Positions 1 to 10,372 are shown, counted from the stretch's first letter. The stretch is DNA of 64,000 nucleotides from Elusimicrobiota bacterium (GCA_027340875.1 DAIENX010000038.1:1-64000); one strand, 5' to 3'. Notes: a model not told the origin generated them from the letters alone. Numbers and translations are program-made.

Positions 1-1
1 C

Positions 2-976
2 CCCGGAACCGTGCGCTGCGAGCCCTTCCTGCTGTCGGCACATATGGACACCGTCGGGCCGGCCGGCAACGTGCAGCCGCGAGTGCACCGGGACAGGATC
101 ACTTCCGACGGCACCACCGTGTTGGGGGCCGACTGCAAGGCCGGCATCGCCGTTATCCTGGAAGTGCTCAAGGTGCTCGAGGAGAACAGGCTGCCCTACC
201 CGCCTATCGAAGCCGTCTTCACCGTCAGCGAGGAGATGGCCCTGATGGGGGCCAAGCACCTGGACTACGCCTCGCTGCGCTCCCGCTGCGGCCTTATCTT
301 CGACAACGAGCAGGGCATAGAGAACGTCATCACCAGCGCGCCCGCCGCCGACAAGATGGAGATAAAGGTCTACGGGGCCGCCGCCCACTCCGGAGTGGCC
401 CCGGAAAAGGGCATCTCCGCGATACAAGTGGTCTCCGACGCCATCTCCAGGATGAAGCTGGGCCGCATCGACCGCGAGACCACCGCCAACATAGGCTTCA
501 TCTCAGGCGGCAACGCCATCAACATCGTCCCGCCGCTGGTGGAGCTCTCCGGGGAGGCGCGCAGCCACGACCCCGCCAAGCTCAGGCGCCAGACCCGGCA
601 CATGGAGGACTGCCTCAGGAAGGCGGTCAGGGCCGTGAAGGTGCGCGACGGCTCCCGGCTGATAACGCCGCGCTACGAGTTCCTTCTCGAGAGGAAATTC
701 CCCAACCTGCGCATAGACAGGACCAACCCGCTGCTGCCGCTGATCTCGGCGGCGATGGCGGCGGAGGGGATAAAGATGCGCCCGTCCTCCTCCGGGGGCG
801 GAACCGACAGCAACATACTGTACGGCCACGGCATAAAGGCGCCGGTGCTCGCCACCGGGATGAGGGACGTGCATACCACGGCGGAGTACCTGGAACTGAA
901 GGACTTCTTCGCCTGCGCCCGCGTGACGCTGAGGATACTGCAGGACTGGACCCGCTCCGGCGGGGAAGCCAACTAG
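2..976 (+). CDS. M20/M25/M40 family metallopeptidase (peptidase T-like), 5' end lies outside the window
   Basis: SAHMDTV, GADCKAG, SEE, AAHSG, GGGTD, HTTAE motifs; frame open to the window edge. Confidence 0.85.
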   Translation, partial: PGTVRCEPFLLSAHMDTVGPAGNVQPRVHRDRITSDGTTVLGADCKAGIAVILEVLKVLEENRLPYPPIEAVFTVSEEMALMGAKHLDYASLRSRCGLIFDNEQGIENVITSAPAADKMEIKVYGAAAHSGVAPEKGISAIQVVSDAISRMKLGRIDRETTANIGFISGGNAINIVPPLVELSGEARSHDPAKLRRQTRHMEDCLRKAVRAVKVRDGSRLITPRYEFLLERKFPNLRIDRTNPLLPLISAAMAAEGIKMRPSSSGGGTDSNILYGHGIKAPVLATGMRDVHTTAEYLELKDFFACARVTLRILQDWTRSGGEAN

Positions 977-995
977 CTCGTCAAAGGAGACGTAA

Positions 996-1580
996 ATGGC
1001 CCACGCATTCGACCCGGCCGAAAGGCACAGGCTGGACACCCCGGAAAGGCGCGTCGACATGCCGCCGGAGGAAACGCTGGTGAAGGCGGGCATCCGGCCG
1101 GGCGACATAATTCTCGACGTGGGCTGCGGCACCGGCTACTTCACCTTCCCGGCCTCCCGCATGGTGGGCCCGAAGGGGATGGTGTACGCCACGGACATTT
1201 CCGGGATCATGCTGGCCGACCTGCGCGCGAAGGCGGCCTCTTCCGGAGTCTTCAACATCGAGACCAAGCAGCTCCCCCGGTCGAAGCCGGAGTTCCCTGA
1301 GGCCCCGTACACGCTGGCCATAATCTCAGACGCGCTGCACGAGGTGGACGACAAGCCGGAGTTCCTCGCCGGCGTGGCGGCCGCGCTCAAGCCCGGCACC
1401 CGCCTGGCCGTGATAGAATGGGAGAAGAAGGATACCGCCGAGGGTCCGCCGCTCAAGGAGCGGCTTTCCGAGGACGAGGTGCAGGTCCTGCTCAAGAAGG
1501 CCGGCTTCACCGAGCCGGCCTCGTCCCCGCTAGGCAGGAGCCACGTGCTCTACACCTGCAGGAAAAAGACCGGAGGATGA
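996..1580 (+). CDS. class I SAM-dependent methyltransferase
   Basis: ILDVGCGTG motif I; AAGGAG RBS. Confidence 0.85.
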   Translation: MAHAFDPAERHRLDTPERRVDMPPEETLVKAGIRPGDIILDVGCGTGYFTFPASRMVGPKGMVYATDISGIMLADLRAKAASSGVFNIETKQLPRSKPEFPEAPYTLAIISDALHEVDDKPEFLAGVAAALKPGTRLAVIEWEKKDTAEGPPLKERLSEDEVQVLLKKAGFTEPASSPLGRSHVLYTCRKKTGG

Positions 1581-2986
1581 GGAAGCCGCCGGCGGACTAC
1601 TCGCTTGCCGCGCTGTCCGGCCTTCTGCTTTCCGCGTCGTTCGCCCCGGCCTCTCTGGGCTGGACGGCCTGGGTGGCGCTGACGCCGCTGTTCCTCGCCC
1701 TGCTCGGCGCCGCAGGCCCCGGAAGGGCGTTCCTGCTGGGCGGTACCGCCGGCCTCGTCTTCTACTCCGTATCCCTGTCCTGGATGGCCGACGTCGTCCA
1801 CTACCTCGCCCCCGTGTTCTGGGGCGTCTTCGCGCTCTGGATGGCCGTTCACTCGGCCTTAGCGCGGGGTCTATGGGAAGCCTTAGGCCGCCGCCCGTCC
1901 AGGGCCGGCGCCTTCGCCTGGGCCAGCGCGGCGGGGCTCTGCTGGGCCGGCCTGGAATATTTCCGCTCCGAGGTCTGGGGGCTGCGCTGCCCCTGGCTGG
2001 GCCTGGGCTACAGCCAGACCTTCGTCCCGCCCTTCTTTCAATCGCTCTCCTTCTGGGGCGTCTACGGCCTTTCGGCCTTCATAGCCGCAGCGAACGCGGC
2101 CTGGGCGCTGGCGCTAAAGCGCCGGCGCCTGCCGGCCGCGCTGTTCCTGACGGCCGGCCTTGCCGCCGCCGGGCTTGGCGCCCTGCGTCTCACCTCGTCC
2201 GGCATAGCTTCCGACGGCAGGCCGTTGCGCGCCGCGCTGGTGCAGGCCGAGCGCGAGACCGTGGACGGGCTGCTAGGGCTCAGCCTCTCTTCCGCCGCAG
2301 CGCGGTCCGACCTGCTGGTCTGGCCTGAATGCTCGGTGATGATGCCCGGAGAGACCAGTCCCTCATACGCGGCCCTCATAGCCCGCGGCCTCCGGGGCTA
2401 TCCCGGAGAGGCGGTGATCGGAGCCTGCGCGCCCGAGGACAGGTCCAGGGGCGTACGCAGGGCCAATTTCGCGATGTTCTTCGGACGCGGCGGACTTTCG
2501 GGCGTCTACGACAAGATGCACCCGGTGCAGTTCGTGGAGACTGGCCTGCCTTCCAACAGGAAGCCGGAACCGGAAGCCACGCCGCTTGGCAGGCTGGGCC
2601 CGCAGATCTGCTACGACCTGGCCTTCGAGAACGGCTCGCGGGCCATGGCCGCCCGCGGGGCGGAGCTGCTCGTCACGCCGACGCTGGACCCCGCGGAGTG
2701 GGGGGACCTGCAGCACACCCAGCATTCCGACATGACCGCCGCGAGGGCGGTGGAGACGGGGCTCTGGATAGTGCGCGCCGCCTCGTCGGGCCGCTCGCAG
2801 ATAATAGACCCCCTGGGTCGCGAAAGGGCCTCTCTTCCCAACGGCGCCAGGGGCGTGCTGGCGGGCGAGGCGAGGCTGAGGGCCGCCGGAACGTTCTATA
2901 CCAAGGCGGGCTGGCTGGCCGGGCCGCTCTCTCTGCTGTTCACCGCGGGGGCCGCTCTATTCGTCTTTATAAGAAAAAGAATTTGA
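1577..2986 (+). CDS. lnt: apolipoprotein N-acyltransferase
   Basis: TM-rich N-terminus, LLVWPE, YDKMHPV, QICYD nitrilase triad; start ATG overlaps the upstream TGA (ATGA), so the ORF-track start at 1418 is too long. Confidence 0.85.
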   Translation: MRKPPADYSLAALSGLLLSASFAPASLGWTAWVALTPLFLALLGAAGPGRAFLLGGTAGLVFYSVSLSWMADVVHYLAPVFWGVFALWMAVHSALARGLWEALGRRPSRAGAFAWASAAGLCWAGLEYFRSEVWGLRCPWLGLGYSQTFVPPFFQSLSFWGVYGLSAFIAAANAAWALALKRRRLPAALFLTAGLAAAGLGALRLTSSGIASDGRPLRAALVQAERETVDGLLGLSLSSAAARSDLLVWPECSVMMPGETSPSYAALIARGLRGYPGEAVIGACAPEDRSRGVRRANFAMFFGRGGLSGVYDKMHPVQFVETGLPSNRKPEPEATPLGRLGPQICYDLAFENGSRAMAARGAELLVTPTLDPAEWGDLQHTQHSDMTAARAVETGLWIVRAASSGRSQIIDPLGRERASLPNGARGVLAGEARLRAAGTFYTKAGWLAGPLSLLFTAGAALFVFIRKRI

Positions 2987-2999
2987 TAGAATCAGAACC

Positions 3000-4004
3000 A
3001 TGAATAACCGGGCGCGCCGCATACTCTGCGTGGATGACGAGGATTTCAACCTGGACCTCCTCGAGGCCCTGCTGAAGCCGCAGGGCTACGAGACCTTCAC
3101 CGCCCTCAACGGCAAGGAGGCGCTCGGAGTCCTGGCCTCCAAGCAGGTGGACCTGGTCCTGCTCGACATCAACATGCCGGTGATGAACGGCCACGAGGTC
3201 TGCCGCCGGCTCAAGGCCGACCCTCACACCGCCCATATCCCGGTCATAATGATCACGTCGCTGGACTCCAAGGAGAACAAGATGATCGGCATGGAGGCCG
3301 GCGCCGAGGAGTTCCTGTCCAAGCCTTTCGACCAGGCCGAGCTGCTGCTGAGGATCGGGAACATCCTGCGCACCTCCGAGTACGAGGACGCCTTCGAGTA
3401 CCTGATCCTGGCGCTGGCCCGCGCGGCCGAGGCCAACGATATCGACACCGGCAACCACATCCTCCGCGTGGGCGAGTACGCGGCGCTGGTGGCGCGCGAG
3501 CTGGGCCAGTCGGAGAAGTTCGTGGAGACGATACGCAGCCAGGCCACGCTGCACGACGTGGGCAAGGTGCACATCCCGAGCCACATCCTGAAGAAGCCGG
3601 GCCGCCTCGACGAGGCGGAGATGGAGGAGATGAAGCAGCACACCACTTTCGGGGCGATGATAATCGGCGACCACCCGCACCTCGAGTTCGGCCGGCGCAT
3701 AGCGCTCTCCCACCACGAGCGCTGGGACGGCACCGGCTACCCGAAGGGCCTGAAAGGCGAGGAGATCCCTCTCGAGGCCCGCATCACCTCGATCTGCGAC
3801 TGCTACGACGCGCTGCGCAATTCGCGCGTCTACAAGCCGAACTACGACCACGACGGCGCCTGCCGCATCATCACCCAGGGCGACGACAGGATGAAGCCGG
3901 GGCATTTCGACCCGAAGGTCATGGCCGCCTTCGTGAAGCTGCAGCCCGCGTTCAAGGCCCTCTACGAGAAGATGCGCGACGACGACAGGCAAGGCGGAGG
4001 ATAA
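3000..4004 (+). CDS. response regulator with HD-GYP cyclic-di-GMP phosphodiesterase domain (RpfG-like)
   Basis: REC domain (VDDE, LLDINMP, KPF) plus LHDVGK and HHERWDGTGYP. Confidence 0.92.
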   Translation: MNNRARRILCVDDEDFNLDLLEALLKPQGYETFTALNGKEALGVLASKQVDLVLLDINMPVMNGHEVCRRLKADPHTAHIPVIMITSLDSKENKMIGMEAGAEEFLSKPFDQAELLLRIGNILRTSEYEDAFEYLILALARAAEANDIDTGNHILRVGEYAALVARELGQSEKFVETIRSQATLHDVGKVHIPSHILKKPGRLDEAEMEEMKQHTTFGAMIIGDHPHLEFGRRIALSHHERWDGTGYPKGLKGEEIPLEARITSICDCYDALRNSRVYKPNYDHDGACRIITQGDDRMKPGHFDPKVMAAFVKLQPAFKALYEKMRDDDRQGGG

Positions 4005-5486
4005 ATGACGGACACGCCGGCGAAGGACACCCTGCTCTCCAGGTTCATGGTGCTGAAAGGCTCCATCAGGGAACTGTGGATCATCTTCGGGACGAAGATC
4101 ATGACGATCCTCGCCTACAGCGTGGTGAACTCCACGCTGGTGCTCTGGCTCTCCTCCGACCTGGGCTACGGCGACAAGTCGGCCGGCTTCGTCGTGGCCA
4201 CCTGGTCCACCGCGCTGACGGTCTTCACGGTGATGGTGGGCTCGCTGGTGGACGCGGTGGGCATCCGCAAGTCGCTGCTGACGGGCTTCGGGCTGGCCGC
4301 CGCGGCGCGCTTCGTGATGGCCTTCTTCGCGGTGAAGTGGATAGCCCTGCCGTTCGGGCTCTTCCCGCTGGCGCTGGGAGAGGCGCTGCAGACGCCGGTC
4401 ATGGTGGCGGCGGTCAAGCGCTTCACCAGCACGAAGCAGCGCTCGATAGCCTTCTCCGTCTACTACGCGATGATGAACGTTGGCTTCGCCGTGGCGGGCT
4501 GGACCTTCGACAAGGTCCGCGGCGGGCTTGGCGAGTACGGCCACTACAGCGTGCCGCTGCTGGGCTTCCAGATCAGCACCTACCAGACGATAATACTCCT
4601 CGGCGCGCTGTTCACTCTGCCCAACCTGGTACTGACGTACTTCGCGCTGCGCGGCGGCGTGGAAGCCACCGACGAGGGGGTCGTGATAAAGCCGGAGCCG
4701 GAAAAGTACCCCGGCAGGTCGTTCCTGGAGGCCTTCCTGCTGTCGAGCCGCGACGCGCTGAAGGACTGGTTCCGCATCTTCTCCGGCCTGTGGAAGGAGG
4801 CCACCTTCTACCGCTTCCTCGCCTTCTTCGGGCTGGTGGTGTTCGTGAAGCTCGTCCTCTACCACATGTACTATACCTTCCCCAAGTACGCCATCCGCGA
4901 GCTGGGCGCGGGAGCGCCTTTCGGCCAGCTCTTCGGCACCCTGAACGCAGTTATAGTCGTGATACTGGCGCCGGTAGTGGGGGCCCTGACCCAGCGCTTC
5001 ACCGCCTACCGGGTGGTGGTCATCGGCACGCTGATAACGGCCCTCTCCGTCTTCTTCATGGTGGTCCCGCCCGCGCAGTACCAGGGCCTGGCCGACGGCG
5101 GCTTCGGCCACGCGATAGCGTGGTGGCTCAAGTTGTCCGGCCCGGTACTGCCCCTCTATGTGGCCATCGTGCTCTTCACCCTGGTCTATTCCGTAGGAGA
5201 GTCCTTCTACTCGCCGCGCCTCTACGAGTACCCCGCCGCCATAGCGCCCAAAGGACAGGAGGGCTCCTACCTCGCCCTCTCCATGCTGCCCTACTTCGTG
5301 GCGAAGTTCTTCGTCGGCTCGATGTCCGGCTTCCTGCTGGACGCCTTCTGCCCGGAGACGGGTCCCCGCAACCCCCGCATGCTCTGGCTCATCATAGGCG
5401 GCATGGCGCTGTTCACGCCGATAGGCCTGCTGCTCTTCCGGCGCTATATACAGGTGCACGAGGCCGGCAGGTCGGACAATTCCTAG
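4005..5486 (+). CDS. MFS transporter (POT/PTR peptide transporter-like)
   Basis: About 12 hydrophobic segments; GSLVDAVGIRK MFS motif; AFSVYYAMMNVG resembles the PTR signature. Confidence 0.8.
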   Translation: MTDTPAKDTLLSRFMVLKGSIRELWIIFGTKIMTILAYSVVNSTLVLWLSSDLGYGDKSAGFVVATWSTALTVFTVMVGSLVDAVGIRKSLLTGFGLAAAARFVMAFFAVKWIALPFGLFPLALGEALQTPVMVAAVKRFTSTKQRSIAFSVYYAMMNVGFAVAGWTFDKVRGGLGEYGHYSVPLLGFQISTYQTIILLGALFTLPNLVLTYFALRGGVEATDEGVVIKPEPEKYPGRSFLEAFLLSSRDALKDWFRIFSGLWKEATFYRFLAFFGLVVFVKLVLYHMYYTFPKYAIRELGAGAPFGQLFGTLNAVIVVILAPVVGALTQRFTAYRVVVIGTLITALSVFFMVVPPAQYQGLADGGFGHAIAWWLKLSGPVLPLYVAIVLFTLVYSVGESFYSPRLYEYPAAIAPKGQEGSYLALSMLPYFVAKFFVGSMSGFLLDAFCPETGPRNPRMLWLIIGGMALFTPIGLLLFRRYIQVHEAGRSDNS

Positions 5487-5568
5487 GCGGTGACTCCCCG
5501 CGGAGGATTCCCGGGGCGACATGTTAGTATCTGGGACTTCGTTGGTTTAAGTTTAGGAGGAAGAAACG

Positions 5569-7185
5569 ATGACTGAACCGAGGAACCTTTATTCCTGCCT
5601 CGCCAAGACGGCGGAAAGGCATCCGGAAGAGACGGCCTACGTCACCGGCGACAAGCGCATGTCCTGGCACGAGGTGCTCTTCTCGGTGGACCGCGCCGCG
5701 GACATGTTCTGGCAGCTGGGCCTCAGGAAGGGCGACCGCGCCGCCATAGTGCTGCGCAATTCCACGGAGTTCGTGATCTCCTATTTCGCGATGGCCAAGC
5801 TGGGCGCCGTGGCCGTCCCGATAAACTACCTGGTCTCCAAAGGCGAGGAGATCTCCTACATACTGGAGAACTCCTCCTGCAAGGGAGTGGTCACCGAGAA
5901 GGAGTTCGTGAAGAACTACACCAGGGTGCGCAAGAACCTTCCCGGCCTCAAGTTCATAGTCTCCGCGGACTTCTGCGGCCTGGACGACGTGACGGACTTC
6001 TGGAGCTACCTGAAGAAGGCCCATTACCACCCGCAGACCCAGCAATCGGCCGCCGACGAGCATGACCTGGCCACCATACTCTACACCTCCGGCACCACCG
6101 GCCATCCCAAAGGCGTGCTGCTGACGCACCACAACATGGTCGAGAACGCCAAAGCGGCCATCACCACGCTGGAACCGACCCGCAAGGACGTGTTCATGGC
6201 CCTGCTGCCGATGTTCCATACCTTCTCGTGGACCGGCAACGTCATCACCCCGATACTGCTGGGCGCCAAGACACTCATCGTAAAGAGCATCACGCCTCCG
6301 AAGCCGTGGCTGCAGGCCATGGGCAGGGAAGGGGTGACCATAATGATAGCGGTCCCCCAGATCTACGGCGTGCTGGCCAAGGAGGCCAAGGGCCTGAAGA
6401 AGTTCTTCCTCAAGTTCTGGAGCCTGCGGAAAGTGCGCCTTTGTCTCTCCGGGGCGGCGCCGCTGGGCCACACCGTGGTGCAGCACTTCAACAAGGCCTT
6501 CGGCCTCCATATCCTGGAGGGCTACGGCCTAACCGAGACCAGCCCGGTCGTCACGATAACGCCGCCGAAGGCGCGCAAGCACGGCTCGGTCGGCAAGGCC
6601 ATACCCGGCGTGAAGATACGCATCCTCGACGAGCACGGCAAGGAGCTCAAGCACGGCGAGGAGGGGGAGATAGCCGTGATGGGGCCGAACATCACCCGCG
6701 GCTACCACGACAACGACCAGGCGACCCGCGAGCTGTTCACGCAGGACGGCTGGCTCAAGACGGGGGACATCGGCGTGCTGGATTCGGACGGCTTCCTGTT
6801 CATCCGCGACCGCAAGAAGGACATGGTCATCGTGAAGGGCCTCAAGGTCTTCCCGGCCCAGATAGAGCACACGATAAACTCGCACCCGAAGGTGCTGGAG
6901 AACGCGGTGATCGGCATACCCGACGGCAGCGGCAACGAGACGATGAAGTGCTTCTGCGTCCCGAAGCCGGACGTGACGCTGGAGAAAGCGGAGATAGTCA
7001 AGTTCATCAAGGAGAACTTCGACGCGTACAAGCGGCCGCGCGAGGTCGAGATAGTCGCCTCTCTGCCGAAGAACACCCTGCAGAAGGTCCTGAAGCGCGA
7101 GCTGCTGAAGAAAGAGCTGGAGAAGAGGGCCAAGGCGGCCGCGGACGAGATAGTGGAGAAGGCCGCCGGACATCACGCTCACTGA
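5569..7185 (+). CDS. fadD: long-chain-fatty-acid--CoA ligase
   Basis: YTSGTTGHPKG AMP-binding loop, EGYGLTE, TGDIG; AGGAGG RBS. Confidence 0.88.
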   Translation: MTEPRNLYSCLAKTAERHPEETAYVTGDKRMSWHEVLFSVDRAADMFWQLGLRKGDRAAIVLRNSTEFVISYFAMAKLGAVAVPINYLVSKGEEISYILENSSCKGVVTEKEFVKNYTRVRKNLPGLKFIVSADFCGLDDVTDFWSYLKKAHYHPQTQQSAADEHDLATILYTSGTTGHPKGVLLTHHNMVENAKAAITTLEPTRKDVFMALLPMFHTFSWTGNVITPILLGAKTLIVKSITPPKPWLQAMGREGVTIMIAVPQIYGVLAKEAKGLKKFFLKFWSLRKVRLCLSGAAPLGHTVVQHFNKAFGLHILEGYGLTETSPVVTITPPKARKHGSVGKAIPGVKIRILDEHGKELKHGEEGEIAVMGPNITRGYHDNDQATRELFTQDGWLKTGDIGVLDSDGFLFIRDRKKDMVIVKGLKVFPAQIEHTINSHPKVLENAVIGIPDGSGNETMKCFCVPKPDVTLEKAEIVKFIKENFDAYKRPREVEIVASLPKNTLQKVLKRELLKKELEKRAKAAADEIVEKAAGHHAH

Positions 7186-7212
7186 CCGGCCCGCGCACCG
7201 GGTAAGGCATAC

Positions 7213-8694
7213 ATGGACATCACGACCGCGGTCCTGGAAGCTTTCGGCGAAGCCCACCTGGTAGGGGGGGCCCTCCGCGACGCCCTGCTGGGCCGCACGT
7301 TCAAGGACATCGACCTGGCGGTCCCGCCCTCGCCCGGGTTCGAGCCAGCGCTGAAGCGCCTGGCCCGCAGGCTGGGCGCCTCCTGTTTCCCGCTCGACGA
7401 GGAGAACAGGGTCTACCGCCTTACGGCCCCCGGTTCCCCGCCGCTGCAGCTGGACATAATGCCTTTCGTGGGCGGCAAGCTTGCCGCCGACCTGGCCAGA
7501 CGGGACTTCACCGTCAACGCGATGGCCCTGCGCCTGGGACCAGGCATGAAGTTCGCGCCGAAACCGAAGGCCGGAGGGTTCGCGTTCAAGCCGGACCGGG
7601 CAAGGGTCACGGACCCTTTCGGCGGACTGGCCGACCTGCGCGCCGGCAGGATACGCCCCGTCTCTCCGGGGATATTCCGCGAGGACCCGGTACGGCTGCT
7701 GCGAGCCTTCCGGCTGGCCGCCGGGCTAGATTATTCCATAGTCCCGGCGGCCCTCAAGGCCATCAGGGCGCAGGCCGGACTGATCAAAGACACCGCTCCG
7801 GAGCGTGTACGCGAGGAATTGATGCGCCTGCTCGAAAGTCCGGAGTCCCATAAATGGCTGGCCCTGATGCACCGCTGCGGCCTGCTCTGCGCCGTCTTCC
7901 CGGACCTGGCGGCGCAGGAGAAATGCGCCGTCGCCTATTACGGAAAAGGCGGCGTGCTCACGCATACGCTACGGGTAGTGGAGCGCTGCGACCACCTCTT
8001 CATAGACCCCGCGTCCTACCTCCCGTGCTACGAGAAAGCGGCGCCCCTGCTGCCGCAGCCCCGCCTTATGAAACTGGCCGCTCTGCTGCACGACATAGCC
8101 AAGCCGGCCAAGGCGGCTATGGTGAAAGGGCGGCTGCGCTTCTTCGGGCACGAGGAACACGGCGCGGTGATGGCGGAGAAGGTGATGGAGGGCCTGCGCT
8201 TCTCCAGGGCCGAGATAAAGCTGGTCTCGGCCATCATCGGCACGCATCTCCGGCCCGGCAACCTGGCCGCCAACGACGTCATCTCCTACAGGGCAATGTT
8301 CCGCTTCTTCAGGTCGCTCGGGGAGCGCACAGTGCCGCTGCTGACCCTGTCCTGGGCCGACCACGCCAGTTACGTGACCGAGGCGCAATTGAAAAGGATG
8401 AAGAAAAAGCTCAAAGAGGAGCCGAAGCCGCTGCCCCCGGGCCTGCCCTACAATTCCCCGAAAAAGACGCTGCGCTACATGCAGGTGCTGGGCCAGCTGC
8501 TCTGCGTCTACCTGAAGAAGGACGTACCGGCCAGGACCTCACGCCTGGTGAACGGAAACGACGTGATAAAGACCCTGCGCATCCCTGAAAGCCCACGGGT
8601 GGGGGAGATACTGGAGAAAATACAGCTGCTGCAGTTCGAGGGCAGGATAAAGACGAGGGAACAGGCCTTGAAAGCCCTGAAAGGCATGAAATAA
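7213..8694 (+). CDS. tRNA nucleotidyltransferase / poly(A) polymerase family protein with HD domain
   Basis: VGGALRD, DIDL, RRDFTVNAMA, EDPVRLLRAFR, LLHDIAK. Confidence 0.88.
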   Translation: MDITTAVLEAFGEAHLVGGALRDALLGRTFKDIDLAVPPSPGFEPALKRLARRLGASCFPLDEENRVYRLTAPGSPPLQLDIMPFVGGKLAADLARRDFTVNAMALRLGPGMKFAPKPKAGGFAFKPDRARVTDPFGGLADLRAGRIRPVSPGIFREDPVRLLRAFRLAAGLDYSIVPAALKAIRAQAGLIKDTAPERVREELMRLLESPESHKWLALMHRCGLLCAVFPDLAAQEKCAVAYYGKGGVLTHTLRVVERCDHLFIDPASYLPCYEKAAPLLPQPRLMKLAALLHDIAKPAKAAMVKGRLRFFGHEEHGAVMAEKVMEGLRFSRAEIKLVSAIIGTHLRPGNLAANDVISYRAMFRFFRSLGERTVPLLTLSWADHASYVTEAQLKRMKKKLKEEPKPLPPGLPYNSPKKTLRYMQVLGQLLCVYLKKDVPARTSRLVNGNDVIKTLRIPESPRVGEILEKIQLLQFEGRIKTREQALKALKGMK

Positions 8695-8725
8695 CGGACC
8701 TGTTATCAGCCCCCCAGCCCCATGG

Positions 8726-8765
8726 GGACCCGAAGGGCCTACCTTACCGTAGGCCCTTTGCCTTC
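8726..8765 (+). promoter_or_regulatory. tandem 16-bp palindromic operator (TRGGCC-N4-GGNCYA type), copy upstream of 8845
   Basis: ggacccgaagggccta (8726) and taggccctttgccttc (8750), 24 bp apart; same motif at 33022, 35114 and 36248. Confidence 0.55.
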
Positions 8766-8844
8766 TCCGGGGGCGGCTGATGGACCCGTGCTCTCCGGCA
8801 AAGTAACAGCTAAACTATGATATACGCAACGGAGGACCCGGAAT

Positions 8845-9465
8845 ATGAAAAACAGACTCTTCATTTCTGCCGCGCTCATCTTACTCGCCGGCGCGGTTCC
8901 CGCCTTGGCAGGGTCCAAGGGCGCGGCCGCCCAGGCGGTCCCCTCGGTCTCCGCGGAGGACGCCAAGACCAGGGAGTTCAAGGACATCCTTTTCAAACTG
9001 GTACGCCAGGACGAATACCTGGACGAGGCCGTCGAGATGCTCGACACCTCCACCGGCCGCCCCGGGGCCGAGGACCTCGCCGCCCTGGGGGTCAGCCTCC
9101 GAACCATCTCCAACAACCTTAAGCACGTGGCGGCGCTGAACAAGGCGGAGTTCGCCGCCGTGCAGCCCGGCTCGCAGTACGCCAGGTACACCAACGCCAT
9201 ACTCAGCTACAGCAAGAAGGTCGACCGCAAGGCAGTCCAGGTCGGCGGCCTTATCTCGCAGTTGGCCGCCAGCAACAAGAAGGCCGCCATGCGAGACGCG
9301 GTCTCCTCCAGAAAGGGCGGCAAGAAGGCCCGCGGCCGCTCTCTGAACCAGATCCTCGCCGAGCAGAAAGCGATGCAGAAGCTGGCCTCCGACGCCAGGG
9401 GCCTCCGAGTGGCTTCCCGCAACCTGAGCGCCACCAGCAAGTGGCTCTACATAGCCTCCAAGTAA
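8845..9465 (+). CDS. secreted hypothetical protein
   Basis: Signal peptide MKNRLFISAALILLAGAVPALA; host-like codon use; GGAGG upstream. Confidence 0.75.
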   Translation: MKNRLFISAALILLAGAVPALAGSKGAAAQAVPSVSAEDAKTREFKDILFKLVRQDEYLDEAVEMLDTSTGRPGAEDLAALGVSLRTISNNLKHVAALNKAEFAAVQPGSQYARYTNAILSYSKKVDRKAVQVGGLISQLAASNKKAAMRDAVSSRKGGKKARGRSLNQILAEQKAMQKLASDARGLRVASRNLSATSKWLYIASK

Positions 9466-9491
9466 ACGAAGACGAGTTCCGACCTCCGACG

Positions 9492-9520
9492 TCCCCCGCC
9501 TCCAGGGCGGGGGATTTTTT
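9492..9520 (+). terminator. Rho-independent terminator
   Basis: tcccccgcc-tccag-ggcggggga followed by a T6 tract. Confidence 0.75.
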
Positions 9521-9534
9521 GTAGAATTGTATCC

Positions 9535-10089
9535 ATGAAAGACCCTATTGAAACAGCCGCCCTCAGCATCTTGAAGGCCCTGGGGGAGGACCCCGCCAGG
9601 GAAGGCCTGAGGAAAACGCCGCTGAGAGTGGCCCGCGCGCTACGCGAGATAACCGCCGGCTACGGGGCGGACATGGACAAAGTCTTCAACGGGGCCTTCT
9701 TCAAGACCAACTATCGGGAGATGGTAATAGTAAAGGACATCGCCTTCTATTCCCTGTGCGAGCATCATATGCTGCCGTTCTTCGGAAAGGCCCATGTCGC
9801 CTACATCCCGAACGGCCGCATAGTGGGCCTTTCCAAACTGCCGCGTCTGGTCGAAGCCTTCGCCCGCCGCCTGCAAGTGCAGGAACGGCTGACCGGCGAG
9901 ATAGCCCGCACGCTGTTCCAGAAACTGAAGCCGCGTGGCGTCGGGGTTGTGATGGAGGCGGAGCACCTGTGCGTAAGCATGCGCGGCGTGAAGAACGAGA
10001 CCTCCTTCGCGACCACCAGCGCCATGCTCGGCGTCTTCCAGACCGACAGCCGGGTAAGGCAGGAGTTCCTAGACCTTATAAAGAGATAA
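9535..10089 (+). CDS. folE: GTP cyclohydrolase I
   Basis: SLCEHH, GLSKLPR, RRLQVQERL, HLCVSMRG. Confidence 0.96.
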   Translation: MKDPIETAALSILKALGEDPAREGLRKTPLRVARALREITAGYGADMDKVFNGAFFKTNYREMVIVKDIAFYSLCEHHMLPFFGKAHVAYIPNGRIVGLSKLPRLVEAFARRLQVQERLTGEIARTLFQKLKPRGVGVVMEAEHLCVSMRGVKNETSFATTSAMLGVFQTDSRVRQEFLDLIKR

Positions 10090-10217
10090 TAATATTATTG
10101 AAACACGGTGCCGTTTTAAGTAGAATTAACACGTATTCGTTCTTTAATACTGCCTTACTTAATACAAGAGATTCCGCAGGCGCATAGCGATATTCCGCAG
10201 GCGGGAGTATGACGGAC

Positions 10218-10288
10218 GCGGGCGTAGTTCAATGGTAGAACGAGAGCTTCCCAAGCTTTAGACGTGGGTTCGATTCCCATCGCCCGCT
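10218..10288 (+). tRNA. tRNA-Gly (anticodon CCC), CCA not encoded
   Basis: Acceptor GCGGGCG/CGCCCGC, D arm GTTCAATGGTAGAAC, anticodon arm AGAGC-TTCCCAA-GCTTT, T loop GGTTCGATTCC. Confidence 0.95.
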
Positions 10289-10372
10289 ATTCGCTTTCCA
10301 GCACGCAGAGTAATGCGATCGGACGAGACGCGCCGTTCCGGACAATCCGCGCGAATAGCGGGCGATGGGAAT
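10273..10372. repeat. perfect 22-bp inverted repeat whose left arm overlaps the tRNA 3' end
   Basis: attcccatcgcccgctattcgc (10273-10294) and gcgaatagcgggcgatgggaat (10351-10372). Confidence 0.85.

Noticed and set aside
2967..5522. 851-aa minus-strand ORF and many other long overlapping ORFs across 1-37 kb
   Set aside because: Shadow frames of high-GC genes; they overlap well-supported plus-strand genes and have no motifs
10171..10203. 12-bp direct repeat attccgcaggcg upstream of the tRNA
   Set aside because: Only two copies and no further support for a function
10218..10372. tRNA-Gly as the integration site of an island
   Set aside because: The tRNA-end copy is inverted rather than direct, the following genes have host-like composition, and no integrase is nearby
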